Positions 63,077 through 64,000 of a DNA stretch of 64,000 nt are shown here, one piece after another. Source of the stretch: Eledone cirrhosa. Taxonomy: Eukaryota. The stretch spans positions 48,794,001 to 48,858,000 of the forward strand of contig OZ024745.1 of assembly GCA_964016885.1 (NCBI GenBank). The letters are read 5' to 3'. The notes under the pieces were generated by a model. That model saw only the letters and a program-made list of their open reading frames with translations. It had not been told where the DNA came from and made no database searches. The number at the start of each line of letters is the position of its first letter. Positions within the stretch are counted from its first letter, which is position 1. A program made the translations under genes and the position numbers.

Positions 63077-64000
63077 TTGTATCCTCCATTACTAGGCCTC
63101 AGTTCTTTTCAATCCCATCCAAAAGAATGTTTTAACATAATCAGAAATTGAAATATTTCTCTAGAACAAAGGGCATTCAACTGTGTCTATAAATCAAATC
63201 CAATAACTAAACTTTTTTTTACCATAATAATCAACACCCATTAAATGATTGATCAGGAAATACACCTGATTTATCAATCTGCAAACTAATAGATATAGAA
63301 ATTATGTTAGAATAATTACTTAGGCTATCCTTAAAGGATGGATCGTTCATCAGTTTTGATGATGAATATTTAGTTGTTCAATCAAATAAACTTCCAACTC
63401 ATGAATTAACATGTAAGTGGTTGAGTATTCCAGAGACGTGTAATTCCTAAGCTGAACCAATGCGACATATGTGACAAGGCTGAGCCTTTAAATTACAGGC
63501 ATAATCCAATCAACATGCTTCCATACAGTTTCTCTCAACCCAATTTTACTTATAAGGCTTAGGTCAATCTCAGGCTATGATATAGAAGACTCTTGCCGAA
63601 GATGCCAAATAATGGAATCAAACCCGGGACCTAATGATTGTGAAGCAAGCTTTGTAACCGCTCAACTATGTCTGTATTCACATAATAATAAATCAAAGGA
63701 ATTCTCTCACACACAAACAATTACTAAGTCTAAAATGTTAACTGTATTATAATAAAATTGGATAACTAAGAAAATATTATCTAAAATGAAATTAAGGACA
63801 AACATCATTTTTTAATGTGTTTTCCCTGATAGCAAAGGTTAGACTAACATATATACAAACATAAACCCACAATATGACTGGAATAAGAAAAAATACAAGA
63901 AGCAACATGATTTGAATTATTAAATTTCCAACATATGGAAAGATATGACTAGAATGATTTAAACTAAATTAATACAAGTTAAGGATAATAAAGCAAGACT

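Noticed and set aside
62926-64000. Further upstream BTAF1 exon
   Set aside because: No convincing acceptor-open frame-donor unit found; the region is repeat relics and AT-rich intron

Overview
AT-rich, repeat-dense animal genomic DNA. The SINE/LINE/microsatellite landscape looks cephalopod/octopus-like, which is an inference. The window holds the 3' parts of two convergent intron-rich genes that I rebuilt exon by exon with consistent splice phases. On the + strand are 17 exons of a hemicentin-1-like gene (TSP1, G2F, nine cbEGF, fibulin-type C-terminus; 1079-26021). On the - strand are 25 exons of BTAF1/Mot1, a TBP-associated SNF2 ATPase (60796-32182). Both 5' ends lie outside the window. Introns contain CR1-like and RTE-like LINE fragments, at least three SINE families, TTAA-flanked piggyBac-like MITEs, a Chapaev/CMC-like transposase relic and minisatellites. 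I see no prokaryotic-type system (no CRISPR, no operon) and nothing I can honestly call a new biological system. The best leads are a U12-type intron in BTAF1, a 54-bp minisatellite built from repeated copies of a BTAF1 splice acceptor, a donor-dead partial exon duplicate, a probable extra EGF exon, a visible LINE/SINE partnership and inverted LINE tails downstream of BTAF1. Coordinates were counted by eye; repeat boundaries are approximate, and comparisons with human proteins are from memory.
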